A stretch of DNA of 64,000 nt. It comes from Eubacterium sp. Lineage in GTDB: Bacteria > Bacillota > Clostridia > Lachnospirales > Lachnospiraceae. The position numbers and the translations under genes were made by a program. The notes beneath the pieces are model-generated. The model had not been told where the DNA came from and searched no databases. It saw nothing but the letters and a program-made list of their open reading frames with translations. The stretch spans positions 3,821 to 67,820 of the forward strand of contig JAIKYQ010000127.1 of assembly GCA_024683035.1 (NCBI GenBank). Direction: 5' to 3'. Positions 25,575-35,970 of the stretch are shown here, piece by piece (within the stretch, counting starts at the first letter, position 1; each line of letters opens with the position of its first letter).

Positions 25575-26636
25575 TCAGCGCTGCCCCAGCTTCAGATTCG
25601 GAACGGCATTCAGATCCCATCCGCTGGTCCGGCCTTTTTTCCATTCATGCCAGGCCGCCACACCGATCATTGCCGCATTATCCGTACAGTAAATGGGAGA
25701 CGGTATATACAGCTTCATGCCCCGTTCCTCACAAGCCCGCTGCATGGCAGCGCGCAGCGCCGAATTGGAAGCCACGCCTCCGGCCAGTGCCAGTTTGTCG
25801 GCCTGCCTCTCCTCAGCAGCGCGCATGGCATTGTCCACCAGCGTATCCACGACCGCGGCCTGAAACGAAGCAGCCACATCTTCCTGCTTCCAGATTTCTC
25901 CGGTCATCCGGCATTTGTTCAGATAATTCAAAACCGCCGATTTGAGCCCGCTGAAGCTGAAATCATACGGACCGGTTTCCTGTGAACCCCGGGCATAGGT
26001 CAGCGTACTTCTGCCTGCCTGCACGATATGGGTCCGCGGAAACGCCATGGCTTCCGGATCGCCCTGCTTCGCCGCCTGGTCGATCTTCGGTCCGCCCGGA
26101 TAACCCAGCCCGATCGCCCGGGCCACTTTGTCAAAGGCCTCCCCGGCCGCATCATCCCGCGTCCTGCCCAGGATCTCGAATGTGTCATAATCCTGCACGA
26201 TCACCAGATGCGTATGCCCCCCGGAGATCACCTCGCACAGAAACGGCGGTTCCAGGTCCGGATGTTCGATATAATTTGCCGCGATATGCCCTTCTATATG
26301 ATGCACCCCGATCAGCGGCAGCTTTCTGGCGTAAGCAATGGCCTTGGCTTCCGCCACGCCGACCAGCAGCGCGCCCACCAGTCCGGGCCCGTACGTCACG
26401 CCGACCGCCGACAGGTCGTCCCATGTCACTCCTGCTTCCTGCAGGGCCATGGTAATGACCGGATCGATCTTTTCGATATGCTTCCGGGATGCGATCTCCG
26501 GCACGACCCCGCCGTACAGCGTGTGCAGCGCGATCTGCGAAGAGATCACATTCGACAGCACCTCCCGGCCGTTTTTCACAACCGCCGCCGCTGTCTCGTC
26601 ACAGGAAGTTTCTATTGCAAGGATTAAGTCGTTCAT
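25575..26636 (-). CDS. tsaD: tRNA N6-adenosine threonylcarbamoyltransferase TsaD
   Basis: [45 protein letters not shown]. Confidence 0.97.
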   Translation of the reverse strand: MNDLILAIETSCDETAAAVVKNGREVLSNVISSQIALHTLYGGVVPEIASRKHIEKIDPVITMALQEAGVTWDDLSAVGVTYGPGLVGALLVGVAEAKAIAYARKLPLIGVHHIEGHIAANYIEHPDLEPPFLCEVISGGHTHLVIVQDYDTFEILGRTRDDAAGEAFDKVARAIGLGYPGGPKIDQAAKQGDPEAMAFPRTHIVQAGRSTLTYARGSQETGPYDFSFSGLKSAVLNYLNKCRMTGEIWKQEDVAASFQAAVVDTLVDNAMRAAEERQADKLALAGGVASNSALRAAMQRACEERGMKLYIPSPIYCTDNAAMIGVAAWHEWKKGRTSGWDLNAVPNLKLGQR

Positions 26637-26645
26637 GTTCTCTGT

Positions 26646-27554
26646 CTATTCTTCAAATCTCAGTTCTCTGTACTTTCCGTCTTCTCCCAGCTCTGCAGCC
26701 GGGAAGATCTTCCGGATCTTCTTCAGATACCACTCCGGATGCATCATGGACGGTGAATAATGCGTCAGCCAAAGCTCTGCCGGCTTTGCTTTTGCCGCCA
26801 GAGAAGCGGCTTCGTATACGGTCATGTGCCGGTGCTCCATGGCTTTTTCTTCTTTTTCTTCGTCTCCATACATGCCTTCGCAGATAAAAAGATCGGCTCC
26901 TTCTGCCTGCGCGGCGATGACCGGCGCCGGCCGGCTGTCCGTACAATACACGACCTTCAGTCCCTTCCGGTCTGCGCCCAGCACCATATCCGGCGTATAG
27001 ACCCTGCCGCCGTCTTCGATCGTTTCGCCCTTCTGCAGCGGATTCCAGAATCGCAGCGGAATGCCCTGCTCCCTGGCGCGCTCCACGTCAAAACGGCCGC
27101 AGCGGAGGATCTCCAGCTTGTAGCCGTAGCAGATCATATTGTGCTGCACCCGGAAGGCCGTGATCCGGTATCCGTTCTGTTCAAAAACCTGTTCCCGCTC
27201 CGTGATCTCCAGCAGACGGATCGGAAACGGCAGTTCGGGTGCGATCACCCGCAGCCCCGTCACCACCCGGTTAAGGCCCTTCGGCCCGATCATCGTCAGC
27301 GGCTCGGTCCGGTCGGAATTGGCCATGGCCAATAAAATACCAGGCAGACCACTGATATGGTCCGCATGGTAGTGTGTAAAGCATATGGTATCGATGGATT
27401 TAAACGACCAGCCGTTCTTTTTCAGCGTGATCTGCGTTCCTTCCCCGCAGTCGATCAGCAGGCTGCTGCCGTTGTATCTCGCAAGAAGAGAGGTCAGAAA
27501 CCGCTGCGGCAGCGGCATCATGCCTCCCGTTCCCAGCAAACAAATGTCCAGCAC
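26646..27554 (-). CDS. rnz: Ribonuclease Z
   Basis: LLGTGG...P, DCGEGTQ, THYHADH, THYSP. GTG start at 27554 after AAGGGGAG. Confidence 0.93.
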   Translation of the reverse strand: MLDICLLGTGGMMPLPQRFLTSLLARYNGSSLLIDCGEGTQITLKKNGWSFKSIDTICFTHYHADHISGLPGILLAMANSDRTEPLTMIGPKGLNRVVTGLRVIAPELPFPIRLLEITEREQVFEQNGYRITAFRVQHNMICYGYKLEILRCGRFDVERAREQGIPLRFWNPLQKGETIEDGGRVYTPDMVLGADRKGLKVVYCTDSRPAPVIAAQAEGADLFICEGMYGDEEKEEKAMEHRHMTVYEAASLAAKAKPAELWLTHYSPSMMHPEWYLKKIRKIFPAAELGEDGKYRELRFEE

Positions 27555-27589
27555 GAATTTCTCCCCTTGTCTATCCGTTCCGCTGCTCT

Positions 27590-28366
27590 TTACAGTCCTG
27601 TTTCGCGGTGATACTCCCGCACCCATCCGCGCAGCGTTTCATCTACATTCTCCGGCTCCTCGTCCGAATCGAGGGCCTGCATCTCCTGATCCAGCTGTTC
27701 CCGCATCGCTTCGTCCGCACCCAGTTCATCGGCCAGCTTCCGGCAGGCCTCCTCCCCTTCCTGGCAGCGTACACAAAACAGATAATCGTGCAGGATCTGC
27801 GAAGTATGGATCAGGCTGTATGCCTGCTTCATACAGGCAATGGCTTCTTCCATCTGGAACAGTCTGGCATAGACTACACCCATGTTGTGGCTGACGGAAG
27901 CGGCAAAAGCCTTGCCCAGCTTCTCGGTCTGCTTCATAGTCAGGATCAGCTCGTAGGTCCGGATGGCCCGCGTGTATTTCCGATAGGTGATCAGCATATC
28001 CGCTTTCTGTTTCATACGGACGGCTACCGGCTGTTCGTCGATGGCCCGCAGTTCATCCCGCATGGCCCGTTCTTCCTCTGCATTCAGCCAGCCGGCTTCC
28101 TGCATCACCGGCAGGATCAGCTCCATCAGCTTCGGATCCGGGACTTCGGTCAGGATATGGTGCAGCGTCTGCGCCAGCCGGACCGCCCCCAGTTCTCCTT
28201 CGATCCAGTCCAGCAGATGCATGCTGAAAAAGGTAATATCCACCAGCGGCAGATGATTCTGCAGATAGTAGCACAGCTCTTCGATCGAGCCGATGTGCAT
28301 GTCCACATCTTCCAGATAAAACGGATTTTCTGCCCGTGCCACCTGGCACAACATCGTCGTACTCAT
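27590..28366 (-). CDS. Hypothetical protein with TPR-like repeats
   Basis: KYTRAIRTYE...HNMGVVYARLFQMEEAIACMKQAY. Confidence 0.75.
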   Translation of the reverse strand: MSTTMLCQVARAENPFYLEDVDMHIGSIEELCYYLQNHLPLVDITFFSMHLLDWIEGELGAVRLAQTLHHILTEVPDPKLMELILPVMQEAGWLNAEEERAMRDELRAIDEQPVAVRMKQKADMLITYRKYTRAIRTYELILTMKQTEKLGKAFAASVSHNMGVVYARLFQMEEAIACMKQAYSLIHTSQILHDYLFCVRCQEGEEACRKLADELGADEAMREQLDQEMQALDSDEEPENVDETLRGWVREYHRETGL

Positions 28367-28369
28367 CGG

Positions 28370-29536
28370 TCAGCCCTCCCAGATCTCACGCCAGACCCTG
28401 CCCGAGGAAGGGAAGAATTCTCCGAATCCCAGATCTTCTACCTCAATCACACAGCGCTTGGGCGATGCATAGGAAAGGTGCATCCGGATCCGCGTCGTTT
28501 TGGGCGGGCGTTCCGGCATTCCGTTCAGTTTCATGCGGGAGAGCCTTTTGACCCCGTCCTCCAGACTGCTGATCGTAAAGACCAGCTCCGGCGGCCCGGT
28601 CAGCAGACATTCGCATTCTTTCTCTGTCTCGTACCAGTTGACGCCGGCCGAGATCAGCGGGTAATACGTCTCCGCCCCCTGGATGTTCATATCCATACCG
28701 ATATTGGTACGGATCAGTTCTTCTCCGTAGAACAGATAATCTCCCAGCCGCCGGCTGTCTGTTTTCTCCCTGGCCGCATAACAGGCCCCGCGGGCAAACA
28801 GGTTGTCCACCACGAACACCTTGCGTCCGCCCCGGCACAGCAGACTGATCGAACGGCTGGCCCAGCTCTTGTCAAAGGTATCTCCCATCAGGAAAATACT
28901 CGTGTACATATTCTGGCGGAGAGAAGCATTGGCCATGTTATAGAACTGTTCATCCCAGCGGCGTCTGTCTTCGGAAAGCCGGATCGTGATCCCCTCCTCG
29001 ATCATCACTTTGATCGGACGGGCCATATGGTCCATGCCCATCGAGAAAAACGTCACATCCCGGCCGGAAAACTGGAAAAACCCGACGTTCCGGAACCAGA
29101 GTTCCTGTTTCTGATACAGGGTATGGTAATAAATGCTTTCTCTGTAATCCTGTATAAAGGCTTTGTCCTTATCGAATCCCAGCTGACGGTACATCTCCTG
29201 GATCAGGGTGACCAGCGGGCGCGTCAGCGTTTCGGCCGTGACCATGATCCCGCAGATCTGGGCAGCCGGATCCTGGATCCCCAGGGTCGTGAAGGCCCCT
29301 TTCAGGAGCTCGGCGGCCTGCGTTTCCAGCGACCGCATGTTTTCCTCCCGTTTGGTGTCGGACAGGGTCGTGCTGACGGTCATCTCTTCGAGCTGTTCCA
29401 GGATCTCCTGAAAAGACATGCCCTCGCTGCCGCTTTTGAGCGGCGCCGTCTGTGTGTCTTTTGTGGCTGTGTCGTAGTAGCAGATCTGCGGTGCTTTCCG
29501 ATTCAGATCAATGCCTACGATGATATTCCCCCTCAT
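28370..29536 (-). CDS. DUF5716-like protein with a divergent Hsp70/actin-like fold
   Basis: IVGIDL N-terminus, NLFARGACY, LNGMPERPPKTTRI...EDLGFGEFFP. Confidence 0.75.
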   Translation of the reverse strand: MRGNIIVGIDLNRKAPQICYYDTATKDTQTAPLKSGSEGMSFQEILEQLEEMTVSTTLSDTKREENMRSLETQAAELLKGAFTTLGIQDPAAQICGIMVTAETLTRPLVTLIQEMYRQLGFDKDKAFIQDYRESIYYHTLYQKQELWFRNVGFFQFSGRDVTFFSMGMDHMARPIKVMIEEGITIRLSEDRRRWDEQFYNMANASLRQNMYTSIFLMGDTFDKSWASRSISLLCRGGRKVFVVDNLFARGACYAAREKTDSRRLGDYLFYGEELIRTNIGMDMNIQGAETYYPLISAGVNWYETEKECECLLTGPPELVFTISSLEDGVKRLSRMKLNGMPERPPKTTRIRMHLSYASPKRCVIEVEDLGFGEFFPSSGRVWREIWEG

Positions 29537-32500
29537 GATTCTTCCGGCTCCCCTTGTATGCTTTCCATACCGCTCTCGGTCTGCGGTATTTCACGGATCA
29601 GCTGAAGGCTCTTTTCCACGGCCGCTTCCTGCCCGCAGTACTGCTTCCAGGTTTTGCGGAGTTCTTCTTCCTCCCCGTGGTCCTGTGCTTCCAGCATATG
29701 ATTCAGCAGTTTATAGCGTGTATTGCCGGCGGTATCCATATCCGCCAGAGTGATCTCATACGTATCGGTATTCCGGATCGCGCCGTTCTGCATGATCCGC
29801 AGATAATACGTCAGCGTCTCCCCGTAAAACAGCAGGAATTCCTTGACAAAAATCCCGCCGAATACGTGACGCACCGGCTCACTGATCCATTCCCCGGGTT
29901 CCTGATTCTGCTCTTTGCGCTGATAGTGCAGGATCACGCGGGAATCCGGTGTCAGCTGTTCTTCAATAAAGACTTTATCTTCGACCTGGTAGGCCTGCGT
30001 GATCTTTGCCGGCAGCTTCCGGTAGAATTCAAACCGGTAGCCTTTGTCATTCATCTGTTTCAGCAGGTCCCTGGCCATATCGATCGGCGCCGGCTTCCTG
30101 CCGGCCAGCGTACGATTCTCCACACCGGCTTCTGCATAATGTTTCAGCAGCGCCAGCTTGCAGACATCTTCTTCCAGATCTCCCTGCCGGATGGCCTGTT
30201 CCACGGCGGCAAACACCGCGCCGGCCGTCTGACGGCCGCCCAGGAAATAGTATTCGGAAAGATACGTCAGATACGCGGCGATCACATCCTGCCGTCCCGG
30301 CTGGCTGATGTAGCTGCGCAGGATCTCGGTTTCATGATCCGGGAACTGACGGGTCTCCATGGACTGCAGCAGGATCTTTTCCTCGAGCGGAAGCAGCTCC
30401 AGCTGGAAGCCGCGGAGGCATTCCCAGAGGATGCAGAGTCCGTGCACTGACCCTTCGTAATACATAGAAAGGTAACGAAGCATGACCTCATCGTATTTGC
30501 CCTGCCAGAACACATAGGCCGTCAAGCAGAGCAGTTCTTCGTCGTACGCATACTCCTTCTGCAGGATCAGCCGGCTGGCCAGACGGAGCATCAGTTCCAC
30601 CGGAACCTGCTCGTAACCGTATTCGGACACAACATAAAAGGCATCGTCATATCGGCTTTCCCGGATCAGCAGCTGGGCCGTAGCCGCACGGTCTGCTTTG
30701 GCAAAGACATCAATCTTGCCCTGCGGCAGGGCATCCGGCGCCATCTCGCGGTCCGGATACTCCAGATCATATTCGAGCAGCTTGCGCCGCACGATGTTCC
30801 GGTAGTTGTCCGTAAACGCCGGGTTGCGCTCCGCCATCCGGTAATCTTCCACCGAACGGCTGTTGACATCCATCTGGAAAGCTTTTTCCTTGCACAGATA
30901 CAGTTCCAGCCCGGGATCGTCGACAGCCTGGTACATGCAGGCCTGTGCAATATCGCGGATATGGAACAGCGGTTCCCTGGTACAGGTGATACTGGAAGCG
31001 AAGCGGCGGTGCCGCTCATCTTCAAAGAGCAGGCAGGCGTCTTCCGTATAAATGCGCGGATACGAAACGCCGTCCTTGATTGGGAAATACTCCTCTTTTT
31101 TCAGCGCATGATGGCAGACCACGATCTGCCGCACGTCTTTTTCCGACACGGTCACACGCTGCACAAACAGCATGCGGGTCATCAGCGACGCGATCTCCGG
31201 CGTTTCCGGTTTGCTGAAAAAGTGCTCATACAGCACCGCATAGTTCCGGTCGATCTTCCCGCGCCGCAGCGACTCCAGCGCATAATCGCGCATGTGCCGG
31301 GTATAGTTCGCATAGCCCGTCGGATCTTCCTCCTGATGCAGGATCACGCTGGCATACAGCAGCGCCCGCTTTTTCTCCCCGAGCGTATGGATATTCGTCG
31401 CAAAGTACATGCGTACCGGCAGCGGAAGCACTTCGCTCGCCGGTGCGTCGTAAGTTTCCATGTAGTATTCGTACAGACGGGTGATCCGCAGATCGCGCTC
31501 GATCGCCCGGGCATACCAGGGGAAGCATTCCTTCCGGATGGGATCCCCCTTGATCAGCAGCTGACAGATCGCTTCGAGAATTTCATCTTCCGGACATTCC
31601 TCATACCCGCGGCTGAGCAGCCGGTAGACCGTGCCGCTCCAGGTCTTCAGATTGGCAGAAAGAAAAGCCGAACGCTTCAGCAGGCCGTTCGTCATCAGGC
31701 CCTGTTTCTGGCCGAAGCAGAGTACCTGCACCATAAACGGAGAAAGCCGGCGCAGCAGCGCTTCTTCCTTGGTCAGCATCTCCCAGGCATCTTCATACAG
31801 GAACGGGCTGATACAGCCGGCATCAAAACAGTCTTCCAGCTGCTGCAGGCGTTCCGAAGGTGCCGCCTTGTCGGCGCCGGTCTCCTGCTGCAGCAGCCAC
31901 AGCAGCGTATAGTTATCCGGTTCCTGCCGGTAAAACCGCCGCAGTTCCGGTTCCAGATTGCGGCTTTCCTGCGGGAGCAGGCCGACTTTTTTGGCCAGCC
32001 AGAGATAAATGGCTTCCTGCTCGATGGTTTCTGTCAGGATGCTGCCGTCTTTGATCGGCCAGAGCGCTTCCAACGCCTTGGCATTATCGTCGTGTGTATA
32101 ATACAGATAGGCTTTATAGAGGAATGCCAGCACATCCCGCGGATCTTCCTCGAGCATTTCCCCCACTGTCAGCGCCGAGGTGTCCTGCCAGGTCCGGTAA
32201 TCCAGCCGGCGCTGCCTGAGTTTCAGGAAATCGCGGATCAGCCAGGAAATCCGGCGGCTGCGCACCGCAGCGGGACGGATTTCGGATTCGTCCCGTGAAG
32301 AAGCTTCTACTTCATAGACCAGCTCCTGATGGATCGTCCGGATGCGGATCTTGCCGAATGCCCGGCCGCTGCCGATCTGATCCCGGTGTACCATATATTC
32401 CAGACCGTACACTTTGCCAATGAAATCATCGGTCGTCAGAGAGGTCTTGTCGACTTCCAGGAAATCCCCTTCCACCTCTATGGAAATATGGAGCCAGCCC

Positions 32501-33150
32501 CAGTTGTTTTTGTAAATATACAGCGTATCCTTCTGGGACACGTCCAGATGATAGACTGCCTTCTGCTGTTTATCCAGAGAAAGCAGGATCGGTTCTTTTT
32601 TCCCGCTGCTGATTAGAAATTCTTCCAGATGCTGGTAACTGACCGGATTGCGTACCATCCCCTTATACAGGGGCAGATAGACTACATTTTTTCCGTTCAG
32701 GATTTTGGGAAAGGACGGATTCGTAAACAGACGGAAGCCTTCCCGCATGTTCTTACGGCAAAGCTGTTCAAAGTCTTCCAGGGTCCTGATCTGAGGGTCG
32801 AAGCTGTCCCCGGACGCATCGATGATGATTGCGTCGACCGGGACCGTATACTCTGCATAGTTGCTGCTGATCAGGATCGAGCCGTGGATCTCGTCCTCCG
32901 GCTTCAGGCCTTTGGTGTCGACCCCGAAGAGTATCTCGGACTCTTCTCCGCCGAATTCGCCCGTCGCCAGCAGGATCCTGTGGTCGTCGGAGGAGACTCT
33001 GCCGAACACTTCGCTTCCGTCCGCCGCCCGGATCGTAAACGAAGATTTCCATTGTTCCCCGCGGGGTATGCGCAGCGAAAAGGACTCCTCGGAAAGCAGG
33101 AGTTTGGGAAGGTCATATACAAAATATGGTGTTTTTCGTGACTTACTCAT
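29533..33150 (-). CDS. DUF5717-like large protein (1205 aa)
   Basis: Long ORF translationally coupled to the DUF5716-like gene; ITRLYEYYM and GIFVKEFLLFYGE motifs recalled for the family. Confidence 0.75.
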   Translation of the reverse strand: MSKSRKTPYFVYDLPKLLLSEESFSLRIPRGEQWKSSFTIRAADGSEVFGRVSSDDHRILLATGEFGGEESEILFGVDTKGLKPEDEIHGSILISSNYAEYTVPVDAIIIDASGDSFDPQIRTLEDFEQLCRKNMREGFRLFTNPSFPKILNGKNVVYLPLYKGMVRNPVSYQHLEEFLISSGKKEPILLSLDKQQKAVYHLDVSQKDTLYIYKNNWGWLHISIEVEGDFLEVDKTSLTTDDFIGKVYGLEYMVHRDQIGSGRAFGKIRIRTIHQELVYEVEASSRDESEIRPAAVRSRRISWLIRDFLKLRQRRLDYRTWQDTSALTVGEMLEEDPRDVLAFLYKAYLYYTHDDNAKALEALWPIKDGSILTETIEQEAIYLWLAKKVGLLPQESRNLEPELRRFYRQEPDNYTLLWLLQQETGADKAAPSERLQQLEDCFDAGCISPFLYEDAWEMLTKEEALLRRLSPFMVQVLCFGQKQGLMTNGLLKRSAFLSANLKTWSGTVYRLLSRGYEECPEDEILEAICQLLIKGDPIRKECFPWYARAIERDLRITRLYEYYMETYDAPASEVLPLPVRMYFATNIHTLGEKKRALLYASVILHQEEDPTGYANYTRHMRDYALESLRRGKIDRNYAVLYEHFFSKPETPEIASLMTRMLFVQRVTVSEKDVRQIVVCHHALKKEEYFPIKDGVSYPRIYTEDACLLFEDERHRRFASSITCTREPLFHIRDIAQACMYQAVDDPGLELYLCKEKAFQMDVNSRSVEDYRMAERNPAFTDNYRNIVRRKLLEYDLEYPDREMAPDALPQGKIDVFAKADRAATAQLLIRESRYDDAFYVVSEYGYEQVPVELMLRLASRLILQKEYAYDEELLCLTAYVFWQGKYDEVMLRYLSMYYEGSVHGLCILWECLRGFQLELLPLEEKILLQSMETRQFPDHETEILRSYISQPGRQDVIAAYLTYLSEYYFLGGRQTAGAVFAAVEQAIRQGDLEEDVCKLALLKHYAEAGVENRTLAGRKPAPIDMARDLLKQMNDKGYRFEFYRKLPAKITQAYQVEDKVFIEEQLTPDSRVILHYQRKEQNQEPGEWISEPVRHVFGGIFVKEFLLFYGETLTYYLRIMQNGAIRNTDTYEITLADMDTAGNTRYKLLNHMLEAQDHGEEEELRKTWKQYCGQEAAVEKSLQLIREIPQTESGMESIQGEPEES

Positions 33151-33212
33151 ACTATTTCCAGTATATACTACATCGAAGCGGAATTCAATGTGGCTTGCGA
33201 TATTATAGAATA

Positions 33213-33435
33213 GTTTCTAAGACGGACGATTTCTGCATACAATATATTTTTCCTCCACACCAGGGCAACGCAGCTTCCAAGCTAAGTGCCAACTGCGACT
33301 AAGGTTCTTATGTGTCTCAAAGAGCCACAACGAACCTAAGTCTTCGTAGACACTGGATCTTGTAAGTCTGCTAAAAACGCCCCTTAAAAGTGTTCCGGAA
33401 AAACACATTGTATGCGGAAATCTGTTTTAGCAAAC
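33213..33435. repeat. Long imperfect hairpin element, copy A
   Basis: GATTTCTGCATACAATATATTTTTCC / GGAAAAACACATTGTATGCGGAAATC outer arms; GACTAAGGTTC / GAACCTAAGTC inner arms. Confidence 0.8.
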
Positions 33436-33473
33436 GGCTGCAAAGGGCATCCCTGCTCGATACAGCCTCTATC

Positions 33474-33643
33474 CCCCATGCTTTTGCCGCTTGCCTGAAC
33501 CACTTCGCTGAGCTAACGGTTCACTCCGACTAAGTGTCCGGAATATTCATGAAGGCTGTATTCATATCCCGGACACTAAGTCTGCGTAAACCGTGGATCT
33601 CAGCTTCGTTCCATTCAGAATGCGCGCTTACAAAAGCACGGGG
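33474..33643. repeat. Long imperfect hairpin element, copy B
   Basis: TGCTTTTG/CAAAAGCA, GCTGAG/CTCAGC, GACTAAGTGTCCGG/CCGGACACTAAGTC. Inverted homologue at 44384-44574. Confidence 0.85.
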
Positions 33644-33666
33644 CCATCGGCTCAAACCCTCAGCAT

Positions 33667-33878
33667 CCCGGTCGGATACAGAACCTTACAAGTCGACTGT
33701 CGGAGCATGGCCGGTCCTTAGCGAGTTCCGACCCGCCGGGCTACTAAGTTTACTAAAGCTCACTAAGGGCCCGGCATGCATCGCACGTAAGCTTCGCACT
33801 TCGTTGCACTCGTGCTCAGCAAGTGCTCATAACGAAGCGCGAGCGTGTCGACGGTGAGGTTACTGTGATCCGGACGGG
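33667..33878. repeat. Branched hairpin element downstream of fbp
   Basis: Outer CGGAT-ACAG-AACC-TTAC-GTCGAC / GTCGAC-GTGA-GGTT-CTGT-ATCCG enclosing two inner hairpins. Confidence 0.65.
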
Positions 33879-33899
33879 GGCGTCCGGCAGGCTATACCG

Positions 33900-35855
33900 T
33901 CAGCGCTCTGCGATCAGGCCGCTGCGGTAGGCGGTCAGCAATTCCTTCAGTTCTTCTATGCGTTCCTGCAGTTTCTTGCCGGTATCGGTGTCGGCCACAT
34001 ACATGCGGTGCGGCGCCAGCATGACACTGATCTTTTCAGAATGGATGTCGGTCTCCCGGTCGATGGCATCTTCGGTGGACGTAAACGGTTTATGGGCCAC
34101 CAGGCGCATGCCGTAGGAATTGTAGATCAGCGTGTAGCCGGCAATGCCGGTCGTACCCTGATAGGCTTTGGAGAAGCCGCCGTCGATGACGAGGACTTTG
34201 CCGCCGCACTTGACTGGGCTTTCCCCCTTCTTCTGTTTTACGGGGACATGCCCGTTTACGATATGGGCATGCTTATCCAGCCCGAATTCCCCAAGGATGT
34301 TGTCCATCACCGCTGCGTTGTCGATCAGCTTGTAATACGGATTCTTCTTCTCTTCGTGCGTTTCTTTTTCTGCCAGGAAATACCGTTCAAAGGTTGCCAT
34401 TTTGGTCTTCCCGAACAGCGGGGATTTCGGTCCGCTCCAGATATACCACAGGATGTCGCGCCCTTTGTCGCGCTCCTTTTCGTCGACGGCAAAAAAAGCT
34501 TTGCGCACATGGGCTTCCAGCTCCTGATAGAGCTTCTTCCCGGCATATTTCTTTCCGTAAATGTTCACGGAGAGCAGTTTTCCGTTTTCATCCAGCGGCA
34601 TGCAGCCGTGATACAGCAGGTTGTTGTTATAGACCAGATACAGGCTGCCCTTGTTGAGCAGGAAATTCATATGGCTGTGCAGTTTGTCGCAGTGCAGGAA
34701 CGCGGTCTGCAGCTTGTCCATGATCATCTTTTCGATCGGGGAAAGTTTGTAAGGATCCTTTGGATCCACGGTCGGGAAGTTCTTATCCAGCAATTCGTAT
34801 TCTTTCCCGTCGATCCGGATCGTGCCTTTTTCATAATCGATCTTATCGAGCAGGAGACGGTCGTCCATGTCGAAGCTGCGGCGCCGTTTGATCAGCTGGC
34901 CTTCCAGCTTGAACTGGATGATTGATATGGCCTTGTGCATTTTTTCGTTCATGGTCGCCTGGATCTGGTCGATGGACGGCCCGCCCTTGCTGTGGAACTC
35001 CGTACACGGATCATTGCCATAGGTCTCCATAGCAAAAGTGGCCAGCGGCAGCATATTGATGCCGTAGCTGTCTTCCAGAATATCCAGGTTGCCGTAGCGG
35101 GAACAGATCCGGACCACGGTAGCGATACAGGCCAGTGAGCCGGCCGCCGCCCCCATCCAGAGGATGTCGTGATTGCCCCACTGGATATCAAGGGAATGAT
35201 AGCTCATCAGCCGGTCCATGATCCGGTCCGGGCTCGGACCTCTGTCGTAGATATCTCCCAGGATGTGCAGATGGTCCACGACCAGACGCTGGATCAGATA
35301 ACTCAGGGCGATCACGAACGGTTCTCCCCGCCCGGTATCTATGATCGCGTCGATGATGGTGTTGTAGTATTCTTCCTTGTTCAGAACCTCCGGTTTTTCC
35401 GTGATCAGTTCTTCAATCACAAAGGCAAAGTCTTCCGGAAGCGCTTTGCGCACTTTGGAGCGTGTGTATTTGGAGGAAGTCTGCTTGCAGACCTCGATCA
35501 GACGGTACAGCGTGATCCGGTACCAGTCGTCCATGTTTTTTTCGGTCTTCTTGATCTGCGCAATCTTTTCCTGCGGATAGTAGATCAGTGTAGCCAAGGC
35601 CTGTTTGGATTTTTCCGAGAAGGTGTGCCCGAACACTTCATCGATCTTCTTTTTCACCGATCCCGAACCGTTGCGCAGCACATGGGAAAACGCCTCGTAT
35701 TCTCCGTGTATGTCGGTAATGAAATGCTCGGTTCCTTTCGGCAGACGCAGGATTGACTCTAAATTGATGATCTCCGTCGATGCTTTGGCAATCGACGGAT
35801 ACAGTTCCGCCAGCCGCTCCAGATAATGTAAATCCAATGTGATCTGCTTGTTCAT
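33900..35855 (-). CDS. fbp: Fructose-1,6-bisphosphatase class III
   Basis: LPKGTEHFITDIHGEY, GDIYDRG, QWGNHD, NGHVPVK, IDGGFSKAY. Confidence 0.96.
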   Translation of the reverse strand: MNKQITLDLHYLERLAELYPSIAKASTEIINLESILRLPKGTEHFITDIHGEYEAFSHVLRNGSGSVKKKIDEVFGHTFSEKSKQALATLIYYPQEKIAQIKKTEKNMDDWYRITLYRLIEVCKQTSSKYTRSKVRKALPEDFAFVIEELITEKPEVLNKEEYYNTIIDAIIDTGRGEPFVIALSYLIQRLVVDHLHILGDIYDRGPSPDRIMDRLMSYHSLDIQWGNHDILWMGAAAGSLACIATVVRICSRYGNLDILEDSYGINMLPLATFAMETYGNDPCTEFHSKGGPSIDQIQATMNEKMHKAISIIQFKLEGQLIKRRRSFDMDDRLLLDKIDYEKGTIRIDGKEYELLDKNFPTVDPKDPYKLSPIEKMIMDKLQTAFLHCDKLHSHMNFLLNKGSLYLVYNNNLLYHGCMPLDENGKLLSVNIYGKKYAGKKLYQELEAHVRKAFFAVDEKERDKGRDILWYIWSGPKSPLFGKTKMATFERYFLAEKETHEEKKNPYYKLIDNAAVMDNILGEFGLDKHAHIVNGHVPVKQKKGESPVKCGGKVLVIDGGFSKAYQGTTGIAGYTLIYNSYGMRLVAHKPFTSTEDAIDRETDIHSEKISVMLAPHRMYVADTDTGKKLQERIEELKELLTAYRSGLIAER

Positions 35856-35893
35856 GCTCTCCCTCCTCGTAAGTTATGATGTATTTCAAAATC

Positions 35894-35970
35894 GATCATG
35901 CGCGCCCCAAGTACACTCGCCCACTTGCTAGCGAGCTTGCGTGGACTCGGTACTTTTGGCCGCTGTGATC
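35894..35970. repeat. REP-like imperfect hairpin between polC and fbp
   Basis: GATCA...AAGTAC-ACTCG-CCCAC...GTGG-ACTCG-GTACTT...TGATC. Confidence 0.65.

Noticed and set aside
33217-33857. ORFs 33217..33408 and 33534..33857
   Set aside because: No RBS or recognisable motifs. They overlap hairpin elements whose variation preserves pairing, not codons.
33213-33878. CRISPR array, suggested by the recurring CTAAG motif
   Set aside because: No 25-45 bp identical repeats at regular spacing and no cas genes. The pattern is nested inverted repeats.
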